Part shown: positions 26,514 to 36,248 of the stretch, one piece after another
Position numbering within the stretch: the first letter of the stretch is position 1
Layout of the letters: each line of letters opens with the position of its first letter
Source of the DNA: an uncultured Candidatus Saccharibacteria bacterium
Lineage (GTDB): Bacteria > Patescibacteriota > Minisyncoccia > Phycocordibacterales > UBA9973
Reading direction: 5' to 3'
DNA length: 64,000 bases
NCBI GenBank assembly: GCA_964646765.1
Contig: CAZYIA010000002.1
Location: 99,467 to 163,466, forward strand
Program-made: the position numbers and the translations under genes
Notes under the pieces: generated by a model
Databases searched by the model: none
Told to the model about the DNA's origin: nothing
Seen by the model: the letters and a program-made list of their open reading frames with translations, nothing else

Positions 26514-27125
26514 ATGAAATATTTACTTGGAACGAAAGTCGCCATGACGGAGTTCTTCGCTGAAAACGGCGAAGTAACTCCGGTTACGGTGATCAGCGCA
26601 GGTCCTATCACTGTTACCAGTGTAAAGACCAAAGAGCGCGACGGCTACGCCGCCGTAAAAGTTGGCTACGGCGCACAGAAAGAGAGCCGTCTCTCAAAAT
26701 CTGTCGTCGGTGAAACAAAAGCAAACGGAGTATTCCGTCACCTCAAGGAATTTCGTCCAAAAGGCGATATGCCGGAAGTGAAGGCAGGTGACACGTTTGA
26801 TGTTTCTGCATTTGCTGCAGGGGACACCATTCGCGTTACTGGCACTTCGAAAGCAAAAGGTTTTCAAGGTGTAGTTAAGCGTCATGGTTTCCATGGTGGT
26901 CCTCGTTCCCACGGTCAGAAACACTCTGAACGCGAACCAGGTTCTATTGGTGGAGGTCTCCGTGTTCGTGTACCAAAAGGTATGCGCATGGCCGGCCGCA
27001 CTGGTGGTGACACCGTGACAGTAACCAACCTCAAAGTGGTTGCTACTGATCCTACAAACAATCTCTTACTCGTCAAAGGAGCCGTCCCTGGTCGTCGCGG
27101 CACTCTTCTAACTATCGTTGGATAA
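26514..27125 (+). CDS. rplC: 50S ribosomal protein L3
   Basis: LGTKVAMTEFFAENGEVTPVTVISAGP...VTGTSKAKGFQGVVKRHGFHGGPRSHGQ is typical of L3. Confidence 0.9.
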   Translation: MKYLLGTKVAMTEFFAENGEVTPVTVISAGPITVTSVKTKERDGYAAVKVGYGAQKESRLSKSVVGETKANGVFRHLKEFRPKGDMPEVKAGDTFDVSAFAAGDTIRVTGTSKAKGFQGVVKRHGFHGGPRSHGQKHSEREPGSIGGGLRVRVPKGMRMAGRTGGDTVTVTNLKVVATDPTNNLLLVKGAVPGRRGTLLTIVG

Positions 27126-27130
27126 ATTCT

Positions 27131-27832
27131 ATGGCTACTAAAAAGACAAAAGAAGCATCCGGCGCAAGCTTGGAAGCAAAAGTATATAGCGCCGCTGGTA
27201 AGGAAGTTTCAAAACTTTCTCTCCCAGAAGCTGTATTCGGTGCAAAGCGAAACACTGACCTCGTGCACCAAGTAGTATCTGCTATGCGTGGCAACGCGCG
27301 CGCAGGTACAGCGCACACCAAAAACCGTGGAGAAGTTCGCGGTGGTGGACGCAAGCCTTGGAAGCAAAAGGGAACTGGCCGTGCTCGTCACGGTTCAACC
27401 CGTTCTCCAATTTGGAAGGGTGGTGGTGTAACCCACGGACCACGTGCTGAAAAAGACTACACACGCTCTATCAACAAAAAGATGCGCGTGGGTGCTCTCT
27501 ATGCAGTCCTTTCTGAAAAATTCCGCGCAGGCGAAATTCTCTTTGTTGAGAAGCTCGACCTCAAAGACGCAAAAACCAAGAGTGGTGCGAAAGTAGTTTC
27601 TGCTCTCGCAAAAATTTCTGGATTTGAACGTCTCGCTGGTAAAAAGAAGACAGCACTTGTTGCGCTTCCGGGCAAAGACGAAGAAAATCGCCGCGCTCTC
27701 CGCAACCTTGGTGTTGTTGAACTTGTTTCAATCAAAGATATTAACCCGGTCGATGTTCTTGATACTCGCTATCTCATCGTTACTGCTCCAGAAGAAAGTG
27801 TGAAAATGCTTGCTTCTCGCAGTGCAAAATAG
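27131..27832 (+). CDS. rplD: 50S ribosomal protein L4
   Basis: ...RGGGRKPWKQKGTGRARHGSTRSPIWKGGGVTHGP is the L4 signature. Confidence 0.9.
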   Translation: MATKKTKEASGASLEAKVYSAAGKEVSKLSLPEAVFGAKRNTDLVHQVVSAMRGNARAGTAHTKNRGEVRGGGRKPWKQKGTGRARHGSTRSPIWKGGGVTHGPRAEKDYTRSINKKMRVGALYAVLSEKFRAGEILFVEKLDLKDAKTKSGAKVVSALAKISGFERLAGKKKTALVALPGKDEENRRALRNLGVVELVSIKDINPVDVLDTRYLIVTAPEESVKMLASRSAK

Positions 27833-27834
27833 TT

Positions 27835-28146
27835 ATGAAAAAGACTACACTCGAAATGCGCGTACTCGGAACAAAATCGGCTGAAAGCATTGTGCTCTCT
27901 CCACGCATTACTGAGAAAGCAACAAAGGCTGCAGAAAACAATACGTACACCTTTAACGTTGCTAAAGATTCTTCAAAGACTGAAATTACTCAGGCAGTGA
28001 AGGCTCTCTACAATGTTACTCCGGTCGAAGTTCGCGTTGTTACCGTTCGCGCACAGCGCGCCGTTCGCGGCACGCGTGGTGCTCGCAAGAGCGGTCGCAA
28101 AGCGTACGTTACCCTCAAAAAGGGCGATGTCATTAAGCTCATGTAA
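27835..28146 (+). CDS. rplW: 50S ribosomal protein L23
   Basis: ESIVLSPRITEKATKAAENNTYTFNVAKDSSKTEITQAVKALYNVTPVEVRVV matches the L23 family. The position between rplD and rplB fits. Confidence 0.85.
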   Translation: MKKTTLEMRVLGTKSAESIVLSPRITEKATKAAENNTYTFNVAKDSSKTEITQAVKALYNVTPVEVRVVTVRAQRAVRGTRGARKSGRKAYVTLKKGDVIKLM

Positions 28147-28151
28147 GGCAT

Positions 28152-29000
28152 ATGAAAACATACCGACCAACAACCAAATCACGCCGCAACATGTTGACTG
28201 TTGACTACTCTGACAAACTCACACGAGGGAAGCCAGAGAAGTCACTCACTGGTGGTTTTAAGCGCTCTATGGGCCGTAACGCACAGGGCCGCATTACTAC
28301 TCGCCACAAAGGCGGCGGTAACAAGCGTCTCTATCGCGACATCGACTTCGTATTAAACAAGCGCGATATTCCTGCGAAGATCGCTTCAGTTGAATACGAT
28401 CCAAACCGCACAGCATTCATTGCGCTTGCAGTGTACGCTGATGGTGAAAAGCGTTACGTACTTGCACCAAAAAGTTTAACCGCTGGAAGCACCTTCATCA
28501 TTTCTGAGAAGGCTCCAGTGAAGACTGGTAATCGTCTCCCGCTTAAGTTCATTCCTGTTGGTACCTTCGTGTACAACATTGAGCTCAAGCCAAACGGTGG
28601 TGCTAAGCTTGTTCGTTCAGCTGGTAACTTTGCTCAAGTTATTGCTAACGACGCAGGTTACACACTTCTTAAGATGCCTTCAACCGAAGTTCGCAAAGTT
28701 TCAGAAATGAGCTGGGCAAACGTTGGTGAAGTTTCTAACGAAGAAAACAAACTCCGAAACTTCGGTAAAGCAGGACGTTCACGATGGCGCGGTATTCGCC
28801 CAACCGTTCGTGGTTCTGCTATGAACCCAGTTGATCACCCATACGGTGGTGGTGAAGGAGCTCAGGGTCGCGGAACCCGTCGCCCAAAGACCCTCTGGGG
28901 TAAGGTGACTGGTGGACGCAAAACTCGTACACCAAAGAAATACTCAAACCAATTTGTGGTTACTCGCCGGGTTACCGGAAAGAAGCGCAAAGAGGCGTAA
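28152..29000 (+). CDS. rplB: 50S ribosomal protein L2
   Basis: GRNAQGRITTRHKGGGNKRLYRDIDF and the C-terminal GGGEGAQGRGTRRPKT are L2 hallmarks. Confidence 0.92.
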   Translation: MKTYRPTTKSRRNMLTVDYSDKLTRGKPEKSLTGGFKRSMGRNAQGRITTRHKGGGNKRLYRDIDFVLNKRDIPAKIASVEYDPNRTAFIALAVYADGEKRYVLAPKSLTAGSTFIISEKAPVKTGNRLPLKFIPVGTFVYNIELKPNGGAKLVRSAGNFAQVIANDAGYTLLKMPSTEVRKVSEMSWANVGEVSNEENKLRNFGKAGRSRWRGIRPTVRGSAMNPVDHPYGGGEGAQGRGTRRPKTLWGKVTGGRKTRTPKKYSNQFVVTRRVTGKKRKEA

Positions 29001-29011
29001 AGATTTTTACT

Positions 29012-29048
29012 CAAAAAGTCGAGAGGAGATACCCTCTCGACTTTTTGT
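29012..29048 (+). terminator. Rho-independent terminator after rplB
   Basis: The hairpin gtcgagagg…cctctcgac is followed by TTTTTG. It interrupts the S10 operon, where rpsS would normally follow. Confidence 0.6.
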
Positions 29049-29085
29049 ATTTATGTGGTATTGTAAAAATACAAAATTTACAACA

Positions 29086-29664
29086 ATGAAAAGAATATTT
29101 TTTGAAACCAACCGCATGCTTCGCGCATTAAAAAACATCTTGTTACTCGTAATACCCGAAACTATCGATGTAGAAGTTTTCAGTGAGCGTATTGAGAACC
29201 TACTTCGTTTTGTAATGGGTAGTTGGATTATTGCTCTTACCAGCTTCATTATTTTTACAGCCGGGGTGGAAACTGCATATTTTTACTATTTTCACTACCT
29301 GCAGGATATGAGCAAAGAAGCATACTTCTACTACCTCAAAGACCACCAAAATGGGGTAGTGGTTCGTATCGTTGTGTTTACAGCAATACTCTTGCTTTGC
29401 CAAAAGCGTTTTTTGAAAACCACTGAAGATGTAATAAAGACAAGAATATTACTTATTGCCACAGGTTTTTTCTGCGCCCCGCTACTGTTAACCTGGGATT
29501 TCCTTCAGCTTTGGGACCCGAGTAGTGCAATTGCCCTTGCCTTTGCGGTAAGAATAACGCTTTCGTGGGAGATTTTGAGTAAATGGGTAAACCCATTTAC
29601 TGCATCCATCAGGGATTTTATACACCAGAAAACTGCCAAAACTTGGCATGTTCGAAGTTCGTAA
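29086..29664 (+). CDS. Hypothetical integral membrane protein
   Basis: The listed ORF begins inside rplB. The likely start is MKRIFFETNRMLRALK (an alternative ATG at 29053). About four hydrophobic helices. Confidence 0.4.
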   Translation: MKRIFFETNRMLRALKNILLLVIPETIDVEVFSERIENLLRFVMGSWIIALTSFIIFTAGVETAYFYYFHYLQDMSKEAYFYYLKDHQNGVVVRIVVFTAILLLCQKRFLKTTEDVIKTRILLIATGFFCAPLLLTWDFLQLWDPSSAIALAFAVRITLSWEILSKWVNPFTASIRDFIHQKTAKTWHVRSS

Positions 29665-29715
29665 TACTAAACTGCTCACCCTCCGTCTCCGCGGAGGGTT
29701 TGCTATACTCCAGGG

Positions 29716-30108
29716 ATGGAATCACCAAAAGAAGAGGAAGCTTTTTCTGTAGTAAAGAGAGCACGAAGTTTTACCCATGCTTGGCGCGGATTATGCATTA
29801 TGGTTAAAACGCAGCATAATGCCTGGCTTCATGTATTAGCCGCACTGGTTGCAATTGCTCTTGGTGTATATTTTTCAATCTCTACAACTGAATGGTTTGC
29901 CCTCATTATTTCTATTGGTGTGGTATTAGTGGCTGAAGCGTTTAATACGGCAATTGAAGTTGATATCAATTTAACTTCACCGGAATATCACCCGTTTGCA
30001 CGCGACACCAAAGACATTGCCGCTGGGGCAGTGCTCATTTCAGCCCTCATGGCTCTCACTGTTGGCCTTATGATTTTTTTACCGAGAGTCCTTGAACTTC
30101 TTTCTTAA
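29716..30108 (+). CDS. dgkA: Diacylglycerol kinase / undecaprenol kinase family (DgkA)
   Basis: AWRGLCIMVKTQHNAWLHVLAALVAIALG and AEAFNTAIEVDINL carry the conserved E..NTAIE motif. Three transmembrane helices, about 130 aa. Confidence 0.7.
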   Translation: MESPKEEEAFSVVKRARSFTHAWRGLCIMVKTQHNAWLHVLAALVAIALGVYFSISTTEWFALIISIGVVLVAEAFNTAIEVDINLTSPEYHPFARDTKDIAAGAVLISALMALTVGLMIFLPRVLELLS

Positions 30109-32518
30109 AGAGAGTTCCTTTCTCTTCGAAATTTTTCCAAAGTGAATACGAAGGGGAAGCTGTTGAAAGGAGACAGATGCTTCCTTTTTTTGTGTGTTGG
30201 TAAGCAAAAGTCACGGCCGCTTTCATGCTTTTTGTTTTAAGAATGTTAAATCCTTTTTCGCTTTTTAAGATTCGCTTACCTGAATCAGGGAAGAGCACAA
30301 TATTTTGCACTTTATATTTTCGGAGTGTTTTTTCGAGCTCACGAAAATCATAGCCGCGGTCCGTACCGCCCAAGAAGATGGTATTAACGTTTTTCAGAGT
30401 CTTGATTGCTTCGCTAGTTGATTCTGGGGTAGTTGAAATAGCGTCGTCGTAGAATGTAACATCGCTATATGTGCCAACTTTCTCAAGTCGATGAGGAAGC
30501 GGCTTAAAGTTTTTGATCGCTTTTTTGATTGCTATGTCAGAAATACCAAAGTATTTTGCAATAGTAATTGCTGCTTTAATGTTACTCTCGTTATGTTTTC
30601 CTAAGAGTGGAATATCTTTTTCTCCAACTGGAATTTTTGCTGTAAATGGAGCAACAAAAGCCACGTCCCCTTTCTTCTGAAATTTGAATATGTTTTTCTT
30701 AGCCGCGTAGTATGCTTCCACTGATCCGTGATAGTTCATGTGTTCAGGGAACAAGTTAAGAAGTAGGGCAACGTTTGGTGATTGCTCAATGTCCTCAAGC
30801 ATGTAACTTGAAAGTTCAAGGACGAAAATCTCTTTCTGATTGCGCTTAGTAAGCACTGCTTCGAGCATTGGATTTCCAATATTCCCAAGCAGCCGCACTT
30901 TTTTCCCGCCCGCTTTGAGCATTTCATATACTAAGCTGGTAGTCGTGCTTTTACCTTTTGTTCCCGTAATGCCAACCGTTACGTTTTTATTTTCAGAGAA
31001 GAAAAGATTAGTTGCTGTAGTATAGGGAATAGTAATAAGGCGCTTTGGAATACCTGGAGTTTTAATGGCAAGGTCATAAGCGCTCTGTTTCTTTAAATAG
31101 TTTTTATCGCGGGTTTCGTCTAAAATGCCAACTTTCAGGTTTGGGTATTTTTGCTTGAGATACTTTTCAGTTACTTTTCCTTCTCGGCCGTAACCAACAA
31201 TTGCCACGTTTTTGATACTCAAGAATTTAAATGGAGTCGGAAGCGTTGGAGCGTGAGCAGTTTTAAAAACTTTCTCTACTAGAGCCTTCGGATTTTTAAC
31301 TTTTGATAAAAATGTTTTTACTACAACGGAGTCTTTCCAATTCTTTGAAGCTAAATAAAGCGCAGCCTGGGATTCTTCAAATGTACCTACACAATCAAAC
31401 GGCTTCATGGTGCCAAAGCCTAATATGTCTTTATAGAGTGGCAAAAGCGATTCATCCGCTAACAGATTCTTGCCGAACATGTCGATGACTTCTTGTTTTG
31501 GAAGCGTGGCGGCAAGCAGCAAAAAGACGAAGGCACATTTTGGGCACTCTCCGCACCACAGCGTATTTGGGCGATCTTTGTGAACTTTGAAGTTTCGGTT
31601 GCAGCTTGAGAAAAAAGGAAAGTATTTTGGATACTTGGCAAACATTTTCACAATTCGGATTTCATAAAATTGGCGAAGAACTGAAGTATAGATGATGTCA
31701 GGTGTAATAAATTTTCGAGTGTACTCTTGAAGTAGTGCTTCAAATTCTGCTGATTTGCTCCATTGGTGATTAATTGTTTCTCCTTTATAGGTTAAGTTCC
31801 CGAAGTTACTCGAGTGTTCATTTGCGACAGCGATATATTTAAAGCCGTAGAGTGCTGAAGTGAGAAGACCAAGAAAAGCAAACACGGCGGAAATTGGCAC
31901 GTGACCGTTATATGCACCATCGTGATTTTGAAAAATCTTCGGATCAAGTCTTCGGTGAATTTTTAGCGCTGGATAGCCAATAGTTTCAATAATGTGTTCT
32001 GAAATAAGATCAGCTCGCTCGGTTTCAACTAAGAATGATGTAACGGGAAAATCACGCAACAGTTCGGCTGCAACGATTGAATCTTTTCCGCCACCAATAC
32101 CAAGTAAGATGTCATTGCCGGTTGGAATTCGTACGGAAGTAGTGCCAGTTTTTGTAAAAGGGAATTTGGCGATATTTTTTGGATTAATATTATTTCGGTA
32201 TGAAAATTCACCGAGACCTTTTCGATATACTGTATTCCAAAATTCCGCCTGCTCTTTAGAGAGAGAGTAGGGAACCGTAATTTTCTTCGGGCAATACAGT
32301 TTGTAGTAACTGATACCTAAAATAAGGTGAAGCGGCTCTAAAAAGTGGCCTAGCTCTTCCTTCGAAAGTTTCCGCGGAGCTTTTGGCAAGGTAATGGTTT
32401 CGGTAAAAATAAGTGGTTCTCGATTTGAAAAAGCGATTTCGTAAGAAAACTTGATTTCTAGGCTGTTTTTAGGGAATTCGTAGCCGAGAAAGTTAAAACT
32501 GTTCGCGCGCGGAGTCAT
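30068..32518 (-). CDS. murD: Fusion protein: N-terminal PP-loop (adenine-nucleotide alpha-hydrolase-like) domain with a CxxC motif, joined to a complete UDP-N-acetylmuramoyl-L-alanine–D/L-glutamate ligase (MurD-type)
   Basis: The N-terminal half has LLGIGGGKDSIVAAELL (SGGxDS-type PP-loop) and WCGECPKCAFVFLL. The C-terminal half has VAIVGYGREG, the Mur ligase P-loop GITGTKGKSTTTSLV, the central domain, and the Mur ligase C-terminal domain (HNESNIKAAITIA; FYDDAISTTPEST). Confidence 0.65.
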   Translation of the reverse strand: MTPRANSFNFLGYEFPKNSLEIKFSYEIAFSNREPLIFTETITLPKAPRKLSKEELGHFLEPLHLILGISYYKLYCPKKITVPYSLSKEQAEFWNTVYRKGLGEFSYRNNINPKNIAKFPFTKTGTTSVRIPTGNDILLGIGGGKDSIVAAELLRDFPVTSFLVETERADLISEHIIETIGYPALKIHRRLDPKIFQNHDGAYNGHVPISAVFAFLGLLTSALYGFKYIAVANEHSSNFGNLTYKGETINHQWSKSAEFEALLQEYTRKFITPDIIYTSVLRQFYEIRIVKMFAKYPKYFPFFSSCNRNFKVHKDRPNTLWCGECPKCAFVFLLLAATLPKQEVIDMFGKNLLADESLLPLYKDILGFGTMKPFDCVGTFEESQAALYLASKNWKDSVVVKTFLSKVKNPKALVEKVFKTAHAPTLPTPFKFLSIKNVAIVGYGREGKVTEKYLKQKYPNLKVGILDETRDKNYLKKQSAYDLAIKTPGIPKRLITIPYTTATNLFFSENKNVTVGITGTKGKSTTTSLVYEMLKAGGKKVRLLGNIGNPMLEAVLTKRNQKEIFVLELSSYMLEDIEQSPNVALLLNLFPEHMNYHGSVEAYYAAKKNIFKFQKKGDVAFVAPFTAKIPVGEKDIPLLGKHNESNIKAAITIAKYFGISDIAIKKAIKNFKPLPHRLEKVGTYSDVTFYDDAISTTPESTSEAIKTLKNVNTIFLGGTDRGYDFRELEKTLRKYKVQNIVLFPDSGKRILKSEKGFNILKTKSMKAAVTFAYQHTKKGSICLLSTASPSYSLWKNFEEKGTLFKKEVQGLSVKKS

Positions 32519-32581
32519 GTTGAACCTACTATACTCGCTGTTCGCTTTATCGCCAAACCTGAGTTACTATAGCGAATATCT

Positions 32582-33475
32582 ATGGCACTAGGTTTCCGTG
32601 AAAAACTAAAAGCACGTCAGGAAGAAATCCGAGGCGTACTTTGTGTTGGACTCGACCCACTCCCAGAAAAATTGCCGTCCTCTCTCTCAACCGGCTCACA
32701 TCCTTCACAAACTGCTCACGATATTACGGAGTGGATGAAGGCTATTGTGGACGCTACCGCTCCATACGCCACCATGTTTAAGCCACAGAAAGCTCACTGG
32801 GAGGCATTTGTTGGTGGCGACTATGCGCTTCAAGAAGTGATTACCTACATTCATAAACGCTATCCAGGTATTGTGGTTTTTGAAGACTGTAAACGTGGAG
32901 ATATTGGTCGCACTCAAGAACGATATCGTATGAGTGTCTTTGAATTTGACGGGGCTGATGGCGCTAACTTTTCTCCATACATGGGCCGCGAGTGTATGGA
33001 ATATTTCGTTGATCAAAATCATAAAGAGCGCTCAATTGTTGGACTCTGTTATACGAGTAATCCTTCAGCGCGCGAGATCCAAAATCAAAAATTAGAAAGC
33101 GGAGAATATCTCTGGGAATTTATTGCTAAGCGTACACTTGCGTGGGCAGACGAACTCGGAGTAACCGAAAATGCTGGTCTTGTGATGGCTGCTGCATATG
33201 AAGAAGAAAAGGGATCCGGTAAGATCAAAACTGATCATCTCACTCGTTGTCGCCAAATTGTTGGCGACAAATTCTGGTTCTTAATTCCAGGTGTTGGAAC
33301 CCAAGGTGGTTTTGCTTATGAAACTGTTCAAGCTTCGTTTGCTGGTTTCGGTTCCATTGCGGTGAATTCTTCAAGCGATATCAACTTTGCTTCAAGTGGT
33401 CCTGACTTTGCCGACGCTGCTGCTCAAAAAGCAAAGGAGCTCCATCTAGAGCTCCAGGCTGCATTACCAAACTAG
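32582..33475 (+). CDS. pyrF: Orotidine 5'-phosphate decarboxylase, type 2
   Basis: LCVGLDP near the N-terminus, a length of about 295 aa and KRGDIGRT are typical of the long-form PyrF. Confidence 0.7.
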   Translation: MALGFREKLKARQEEIRGVLCVGLDPLPEKLPSSLSTGSHPSQTAHDITEWMKAIVDATAPYATMFKPQKAHWEAFVGGDYALQEVITYIHKRYPGIVVFEDCKRGDIGRTQERYRMSVFEFDGADGANFSPYMGRECMEYFVDQNHKERSIVGLCYTSNPSAREIQNQKLESGEYLWEFIAKRTLAWADELGVTENAGLVMAAAYEEEKGSGKIKTDHLTRCRQIVGDKFWFLIPGVGTQGGFAYETVQASFAGFGSIAVNSSSDINFASSGPDFADAAAQKAKELHLELQAALPN

Positions 33476-34248
33476 TTTTTTGCCATTGCTTCGCGAAGCG
33501 GCGTCCAGTTATCCTTTGGTTTCCAAATGATATTTCCGGCTTCGATATCGGCTTGTACGGCCGTGTCGTCTTGGCGAAATTCAGGAATAGGGAAGGCAAG
33601 AAGAGCAATAACCTTAAGGGTTATATCGTTTTCACTGTAGATATCGGTCACTTTCGAAGAACGATTCAAAATATCAGTTACGGCAACCGGCACGCCACCT
33701 TTTTCGGTAATGGCAGCAATCGATTTTCCAATAGTTGAGAAGTTAAAAGAAACATCTTCAGAAATAATTACTTTGTCGCCTGGTTCAATGCGATGACGGA
33801 AGAATCCCATCTTCGTTTCTTCGCGCTCTCCGATAGCTGCGGCCTTGGTTACTTTCTTTTCAATGATGGCAAAACGCGTGCCGAGTTCAGCAGCTAAAAA
33901 ATTTCCAATGCCAATGCCGCCCATTTGTGGTCCTGCCACAACATACTGTGCGGCGTGTGTTTCAATATCTGGAATTGCCTCCCGAACTTTTTGAGCAATC
34001 AGTTTTCCGATATATGAAAGAATAGTTGGATACTGTTCAATTTGCGCGCAGTTGATGTAGGTTTCACCAACCCACTGTTTCATTTCACCGTTATCTTCAT
34101 ATGTTCCGGCATAGCCAACTAATGGACCAAGACGCTTTCCGCTCACATCTTTCGGCACGGTGTACATTGCGCCACACGCTTTCAAAATTGCCACCGGGTC
34201 GCCTGGGTTTTTTTCAATGATGGTTTGAAGTTCGTTGGGCGAGAGCAT
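33472..34248 (-). CDS. pyrE: Phosphoribosyltransferase-domain protein, probably orotate phosphoribosyltransferase
   Basis: The PRPP-binding motif is KVIISEDVSFNFSTIGKSI (acidic-hydrophobic followed by a T/G-rich loop). It is convergent with and overlaps pyrF by 4 nt. Confidence 0.55.
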   Translation of the reverse strand: MLSPNELQTIIEKNPGDPVAILKACGAMYTVPKDVSGKRLGPLVGYAGTYEDNGEMKQWVGETYINCAQIEQYPTILSYIGKLIAQKVREAIPDIETHAAQYVVAGPQMGGIGIGNFLAAELGTRFAIIEKKVTKAAAIGEREETKMGFFRHRIEPGDKVIISEDVSFNFSTIGKSIAAITEKGGVPVAVTDILNRSSKVTDIYSENDITLKVIALLAFPIPEFRQDDTAVQADIEAGNIIWKPKDNWTPLREAMAKN

Positions 34249-34307
34249 AGATTTCTACAGGAAACGGTAGCACAGGAGCGGAGTCGGTGCAATTTAGAAG
34301 TCTATAT

Positions 34308-34335
34308 TTGACAATGTTAGACAATCTGCTAATAT
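34308..34335 (+). promoter_or_regulatory. Candidate sigma70-type promoter for rpsS and downstream ribosomal-protein genes (TTGACA, 16 nt, TAATAT)
   Basis: atttgacaatgttagacaatctgctaatatagcc lies about 40 nt upstream of the rpsS start. Confidence 0.45.
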
Positions 34336-34373
34336 AGCCACCACTGGCTCTTTGGAGCCCTTTTATTTACGCC

Positions 34374-34715
34374 ATGACACGATCACTCAAAAAAGGACCA
34401 TATATTGACCCACGCCTCTTGAAAAAGATTGAGGGCAAAGAACCACAAAAGACTGGGGTTATTAAAACCTGGTCACGCGCCTGCCAGATTTCTCCAGAAA
34501 TGATTGGATTCATTTTTGGCGTGCACAATGGTAAGCAACACATCGAAGTTCTTGTTTCTGAAGACATGGTTGGACATCGCTTAGGTGAATTTTCTCCAAC
34601 TCGTAAGTTCAGCAAGCACGGTGGTAAGATGCAAAAGGAACTTGAAGCTAAGAAGAAGGAAGCTGAACTCGCTGCTGCACAGGCTGCTAAGGCTGCTCCT
34701 GCCGATAAGAAATAA
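34374..34715 (+). CDS. rpsS: 30S ribosomal protein S19 (with a Lys/Ala/Glu-rich C-terminal extension)
   Basis: [19 protein letters not shown]...[29 protein letters not shown] matches S19. Confidence 0.9.
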   Translation: MTRSLKKGPYIDPRLLKKIEGKEPQKTGVIKTWSRACQISPEMIGFIFGVHNGKQHIEVLVSEDMVGHRLGEFSPTRKFSKHGGKMQKELEAKKKEAELAAAQAAKAAPADKK

Positions 34716-34717
34716 TC

Positions 34718-35128
34718 ATGAAAGCTACTCTCTCAAACTATCGTCAAGCTCCACGCAAGGTTCGCCTTGTTGCTACTTCTTTGAAAGGAAAGAAGGTTTC
34801 TGACGCGAGTGTTGCTCTCCGCTTTATGCCAAAGCGTGCTGCTCTTCCACTTTCAAAACTCCTTGCTTCAGCTGTAGCTAACGCCCTCCAAGATTCAAGC
34901 GTTCGTGCAGAAGACTTGATTGTTCGCGAAGTCCGCGTCGACAAAGGAACCAACGCTAAGCGCTGGCTTCCTCGTGCGTTCGGCCGTGCTTCCCGCATAA
35001 ACAAGCGCTCAAGCCACGTTACTATTGTGCTTGGTGTAGCAGAAGGCAAGGCAGAGAAAAAAGCTAAGGCTGTTAAGGCTCCAAAAGCAAAAGCTGTAAA
35101 GAAGACCACTAAGAAAGCCGCGAAATAA
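34718..35128 (+). CDS. rplV: 50S ribosomal protein L22 (with a Lys/Ala-rich C-terminal tail)
   Basis: APRKVRLVATSLKGKKVSDA...KRWLPRAFGRASRINKRSSHVTIVL matches L22. Confidence 0.9.
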   Translation: MKATLSNYRQAPRKVRLVATSLKGKKVSDASVALRFMPKRAALPLSKLLASAVANALQDSSVRAEDLIVREVRVDKGTNAKRWLPRAFGRASRINKRSSHVTIVLGVAEGKAEKKAKAVKAPKAKAVKKTTKKAAK

Positions 35129-35129
35129 T

Positions 35130-35810
35130 ATGTCTAAGAACGTTCATCCATATGCACACCGCCTCGTAATCCTCCGCGACTGGAAAAGCCGCTGGATTGC
35201 TCCAAACCGTAAGTATCAGGAGTTTCTCCGTGCTGACGTTTTGATCCGTGAATTTCTCGCCGAGAAGCTCCGTGGCTTTTATGTTTCTTCTGTAGAAATC
35301 GAGCGCGGTCAGAAAACCACTCGCATCATCCTCCGCACTTCACGCCCAGGAATGCTTATCGGCCGCAACGGTGAAGGTTCTATCAAACTTAAAGCTGATC
35401 TCACTTCTTTCATGAAAAAGAAGAAGATCGCTGTTCCAGAAGATCTCAAGATTGATATCGTTGAAGTTCCAAACGCTGATGCTGATGCTCATGTTGTTGG
35501 CTACGCCATTGCTGAAGCTCTCGAAAAGCGTATGACCTTCCGCCGCGTCATGAAGCAGACCATCGAAAAAGTTATGGCTGTTCGTGGTGTTGAAGGAGTT
35601 CGCATCGTAATGTCAGGCCGCCTTGGTGGTGCTGAAATTGCTCGTACTGAAGAACTCAAGAAAGGTTCAATCCCACTCCAAACATTCCGTGCTGATGTTG
35701 ATTTCGCTCGTGAACGTGCAACTCTTCCATACGGCGTTATCGGTATCAAAGTTTGGATTTACCGCGGTCAGATTTTTAATGATAAGAAAGCAGCCGCACC
35801 TGCTAAGTAA
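35130..35810 (+). CDS. rpsC: 30S ribosomal protein S3
   Basis: A KH domain and the S3 C-terminal domain are present (GVEGVRIVMSGRLGGAEIARTE). Confidence 0.9.
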   Translation: MSKNVHPYAHRLVILRDWKSRWIAPNRKYQEFLRADVLIREFLAEKLRGFYVSSVEIERGQKTTRIILRTSRPGMLIGRNGEGSIKLKADLTSFMKKKKIAVPEDLKIDIVEVPNADADAHVVGYAIAEALEKRMTFRRVMKQTIEKVMAVRGVEGVRIVMSGRLGGAEIARTEELKKGSIPLQTFRADVDFARERATLPYGVIGIKVWIYRGQIFNDKKAAAPAK

Positions 35811-35816
35811 ACCTAT

Positions 35817-36239
35817 ATGCTTATCCCTAAGAAAGTAAAACACCGCAAATGGCAAAGTGGCCGCGCTGGTAAGGAACGAACAGTTCGTCCAGAAACTCGT
35901 GGTATTACACTTGCTTTTGGCTCACACGGTCTCAAAGCTGAAACTCAGGCTCGCATCCGTTCAAACCAGCTCGAGGCTGCTCGAAAGGCTCTTACTCGCC
36001 AGCTTACTAAAGTTGGTAAAGTATGGATTCGTGTGTTCCCAGACCGACCATATACTCAGAAAGGTGCACAGGTGCCGATGGGTAAGGGTAAAGGAGATCT
36101 TCAGGGATACTGTTTTGATGTTCGCCCAGGCCGCATCCTCTTTGAAGTTGATGGTGTTGATGAGAAGACTGCTCGCGAAGCACTTCGCAAAGCAGGTACG
36201 AAGCTTCCAGTTAAAGTCCGCATTATCTCACGTGCGTAA
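35817..36239 (+). CDS. rplP: 50S ribosomal protein L16
   Basis: MLIPKKVKHRKWQSGRAGK... matches the L16 N-terminus and length. Confidence 0.9.
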   Translation: MLIPKKVKHRKWQSGRAGKERTVRPETRGITLAFGSHGLKAETQARIRSNQLEAARKALTRQLTKVGKVWIRVFPDRPYTQKGAQVPMGKGKGDLQGYCFDVRPGRILFEVDGVDEKTAREALRKAGTKLPVKVRIISRA

Positions 36240-36248
36240 GAGTTTTGT

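Noticed and set aside
28912-29085. 5' portion of the listed ORF 28912..29664 overlapping the end of rplB
   Set aside because: It overlaps the rplB C-terminus and a strong terminator hairpin. A downstream Met was chosen.
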